From Andalucia godoyi And28 (lineage: Eukaryota; Protista; Jakobida): a stretch of 64,000 nucleotides of DNA. The DNA lies in the NCBI GenBank assembly GCA_009859145.1, contig VRVR01000033.1:235966-299965 (forward strand), in the 5' to 3' direction. The notes under the pieces are model-generated. The model was not told the DNA's origin, did not search any database, and saw only the letters and a list, made by a program, of their open reading frames with translations. The position numbers and the translations under genes are program-made. This document shows, piece after piece, positions 61,701-64,000 of the stretch; position 1 is the stretch's first letter, and the number at the start of each line of letters is the position of its first letter.

Positions 61701-61946
61701 GATGCGCCGAGAGGGCAGAGTATATTTTCAAGCGTTCACTACATGAAAGGCTGCACATTGTACGTCGGGGCTTGCAGATTGCATGCGTTGTGCGCTCGAG
61801 CATGCTCGCTGATGAGGAAGAGTGTTTCAGACAATGACAGTGCTTTTGAAGTTCCTGAAGCTATGTTTCAGCTGTGCACGCAGATCTGTTTGGAGTACGA
61901 CATTGTATTTCGAGCAGTTATGGAGCTTCAAGGAGAATCAAGCTAG
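58701..61946 (+). CDS. Cytoplasmic hybrid histidine kinase: PAS-HisKA-HATPase-pseudoREC-REC-HPt
   Basis: PAS (EAAPNAMIMVDHEGRILLVN...GLHKDGREIPVEV), H-box FLARMSHEIRTPLN, N-box NLVGNACKFT, G1 DTGIGI, G2 GGTGLGL, REC LVEDN / LMDCQMPVMDG / YLSKP, HPt VHYMKG. Confidence 0.93.
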   Translation: MSTMSGPHGSSGGTCPFASMGAAFSNSNVPLFSSLGSMDFKSKIPSPGSRQAQTCTSPTPSAGEIHVAEDLGSGFLTVFHAVPCPVLLIYNNVVEDNREIVLANRFAEQVFESRRGCLDPSERAASLVGHRLKDVISVLNPSSHAEDQKLSFVSIPPDAKYMIVTIPDETWRLRAEEDFQLAVEAAPNAMIMVDHEGRILLVNSQTEKVFGWLRDELLGNSIEMLIPVRFRGDHPSFRQQFMKHPSTRAMGATRDLSGLHKDGREIPVEVGLNPIFPHDGSRDGVRVLASVIDITERKRVEQEEARARKAALEAELANAREKTHAEFLARMSHEIRTPLNAVIGLTEFLLYHTELSAEQKEYAETVRGAGAALLSTVNDILDFSKLEAGSCGIEIVDFDVAAVIQNALGLIAGRAHIKHLGLVQIIDARVPVRVRGDPSRLLQIILNLVGNACKFTDQGGVTVTIMRDVHPEDNFHAPLNLRQEDDEKVDPADVVSSIFQDPSSVIWLTFTVTDTGIGIPGDRRQFLFKPFSQADVSTTRRYGGTGLGLAIVKRIVDAFHGTVDVETPSGPGTSFVVRLPFLSAGASSDAPASDFPNDNARWFMDGELSWEKAISPARTLRLFVADDCEIDRIGLVAQLSKHWKINTDSRGDLRSDLQGTLEYLLARATAYDVIIISPPALDLQSPKNDGSASPEAEDGVKHTTLPGNFGSVDVDWNGFRASLKAVNGSCIVAWLTSLSDPSLWVPLNEEMGDRVFTKPLQPEALATFLVGVARNAAHHPERGTPRIHHHSGKGDAQEEKALQTTIPCRRGRILLVEDNPVNQKVALLMLKRIGYVGDDHIIVAENGEEAISKLRQESSTFAFDVILMDCQMPVMDGFAATREIRLFERRHGPFSLASDENVTIGVPIIAMTAHALKGDRERCLTAGMDDYLSKPVDAKKLECLLKKYDTALRESLVEYIKNVILDGDVDAFEEVVTSFLNSTPAIMDQLRKDIADRSAGDAPRGQSIFSSVHYMKGCTLYVGACRLHALCARACSLMRKSVSDNDSAFEVPEAMFQLCTQICLEYDIVFRAVMELQGESS

Positions 61947-62344
61947 TACTGTCCAAATTTTCATCGCGATGGATTCGTTCGCGACAGTATATCGCAGGCG
62001 AAACTCATTGCGGGAAGACTATTCCTCTGTTTCCGAAGAATCTGCGATTTTGCTTGTTCCTGAACATGTAGCCGCTTGCATACAACTCGACAATTCATCA
62101 TCTGCAGTCAATGGTTTCATCTTCAATGCTTGTTTTGTTGTTTTCTTCCTGTTCTTTTTTTTGTTAATTCTCATCGATTGCATTCTGCCAATCCCCGAGT
62201 ATTCTAATATACCGGAAAAGGATGCTGCTTCAGCGAAGCATCATCACTTGACGTCCACTCTCCCTCCGTCCCGTCACACAGTAAAATGTGCGCGTGCCGA
62301 AGTTATTTTTATTATTCTATTTTATTATTATTTTTTTGCTTCGC

Positions 62345-62540
62345 GTTTTCGAAGACCATGTTTGCCTTTCGGATGTCCCAATGCGCCCAACCCTCCTGGT
62401 GCAGACGATCCAGCTGTTTAATGACGCTCATAACCTGCGATACAGCCCGGGGGAAGTGGGCGCACTGTGGCTTGCCAAGGAATCGATACGCCAAGAAACC
62501 CGCAAGAGCGCGTTTCCCTCCCCGACGCTGCACCGGGTGG
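62345..62540 (-). pseudogene. Kinase catalytic-loop fragment (Crinkler/CR-effector-like atypical kinase)
   Basis: LAYRFLG...QVMSVIKQLDRLHQEGWAHWDIRKANMVF resembles LH..G.VHGDIR..N; it runs into an A-rich tract and has no complete ORF. Confidence 0.5.
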
Positions 62541-62914
62541 TCGACATGATCTGGACCTCTGGGGGTACCGACTCGGCATCGCGCAGCGCACGGAAGAAGG
62601 AGCCGTGTTCATGTGCTTCAAATCTCCGCACACCAACCTCCTGGCGGACATCCCAAGCAACGCACAGGCGCCAGTGGGATCCACGCTCTTCGAAAGCACA
62701 TGCTCGATCGTCTGTCGATACCGCTCCGCATCTTTCGGGCGATGAAGAATGCATCGGAAGGGCTCTTTTACATTAAGCCTATCGGCCGTTGGCTAGCGGG
62801 CTATCGATCGACGATCGACACCGGTACTCTCACTCTGCGCGAATGTTAACCGCTGTGGGTCTTTGGTCGGTTAGAATCGCAGTATTCTTGTATAGCATTC
62901 GACTGCCCTATTAA

Positions 62915-63199
62915 ATGAGATGGAAAATGTGCAGGAATGAAACGAAAGATGGCTGGTTGATTGACTTTGACTTTGCAGCTCCGATATCTGCAGGCCCAGT
63001 GTATCCGGTCGGCTATGCATCCTCTCCGAAGTTCATTCCGGAGAGACATCAGAATGCCGTTGCGCAGCCAGCAATATGCGTGGAGCACGATGTCATTCCT
63101 TGGTGCATCTTGTGCGAGGGTTTTTCGAGTTTGAGCAAGCGCTTGTGCTACCCGAAGGATTTGCTGACGAGGGTAGGACCCGCTCCAGAAAGGGCTTGA
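62915..63199 (+). pseudogene. Kinase C-lobe fragment of the same atypical family
   Basis: AGA TGG (-1) AAT GTG suggests a frameshifted RWxNV; then GWLIDFDFAAP...YPVGY...PERH...EHD. Confidence 0.5.
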
Positions 63200-64000
63200 C
63201 CCCCTTGAGTTCTGCGATACCGACAGCTCAGGCCCACCTGAAGGGTGATGTTTTTCTCCACCAGATTCTGCATCCTCTGCACATGAGCAGTGCAACGGGG
63301 GAGCCTTGAGTCGAGAGATACTCCTCCAATCGACGATAGTGTCTCTCTCTCTCTTTCTCCCTCTTTCGCGCGTTCCGATGCACGGTTTAACAAGTGTTGG
63401 ATGCGCACACGCCCGTTTCAGCAGGAGCGTTGGAGCACTCCTCAGCAAGAAAAAGCGTCCTGTATGCAGCTCCGCTTCTGATCCCACAGCGACCCGTAAT
63501 ATAGTGCTCACCAAAGCAAAGCAAAATTCGCTTTCTGCAGCGCACGGCCCCATCGCATTTTAGGAGCTGCGGATACGCCGGAATGGACCCGGAGTAGTGA
63601 ATGCAGCAACCGGTTGTTCATTCCCCAGATTGAGACGAATCGTCATATGCCCAAGCATGGAGAAAATAGCATAAAGCCAGCGTCCTCATGCCGATTGCAG
63701 CGATACACGAGGGAAGCACCACTGGACATCCCCATTGCACCGCATCCGTGACGCGGTCGTCTCGTTTCCATGAGAATCGCACAGTGTCTCTCGAGGCAGC
63801 CGGATGCTTCCTCAGAGTTCCATGCAGATCAGCTTTCAGAGTGCTTTTCTACATCCTCGACAGCCGATTGAATCGACAGCGACTGACCGTGCCCACTGAG
63901 CCCAGCCGAACAGAATGCAGGGAGTGGTGGCAGGAGGGGTTTCTTTTGTCGCTGCAGGCAGCTCCTTTGACCGTCCGCTCCCCCACCAACGCGTGGTGAT

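Noticed and set aside
62846-63999. ORFs 62846-63553 (-) and 63688-63999 (+)
   Set aside because: Non-ATG or short, crossing an (AG)n tract, with no recognisable domain; probably degenerate sequence

Overview
Gene-dense, intron-poor eukaryotic nuclear DNA from a flagellated, aerobic protist (DNAAF1, DRC1, mitochondrial MPP-beta, HslV and S18). A jakobid/discoban-like source is only a guess. It holds about 24 protein genes, mostly housekeeping (NAE1, RagA, TrxR, strumpellin, IRE1, U2AF1, DDX54, RPN2). Four short spliced genes are missed or mis-called by the ORF track: a FLASH/CASP8AP2-like protein, a plant-TOM5-like protein, SMIM7, and a coiled-coil protein with an extra 5' exon. The most striking signal is intergenic: five short elements in three subfamilies (about 5950-6222 +, 7613-7859 +, 12669-13096 -, 43891-44480 +, 55194-55449 -) share a terminal stem-loop; four end exactly in ...TG(C/T)AGGCG and the fifth ends in a diverged version. 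Two carry an internally deleted Fanzor2/TnpB ORF (N-terminal NSWFS...RAVRIQMHPSQEQRVTLRKW joined to the C-terminal RuvC-III motif DRDWNGARNIYLK), and the diverged copy keeps the DRD motif. They look like non-autonomous Fanzor2 (IS607-like) transposons that kept the omegaRNA scaffold, each with a different flanking guide. No intact nuclease is present in the window. A separate ~500-bp repeat family adjoins two of them. No rRNA, tRNA or CRISPR array was recognised. All homology calls come from motif recognition by eye, not database searches.
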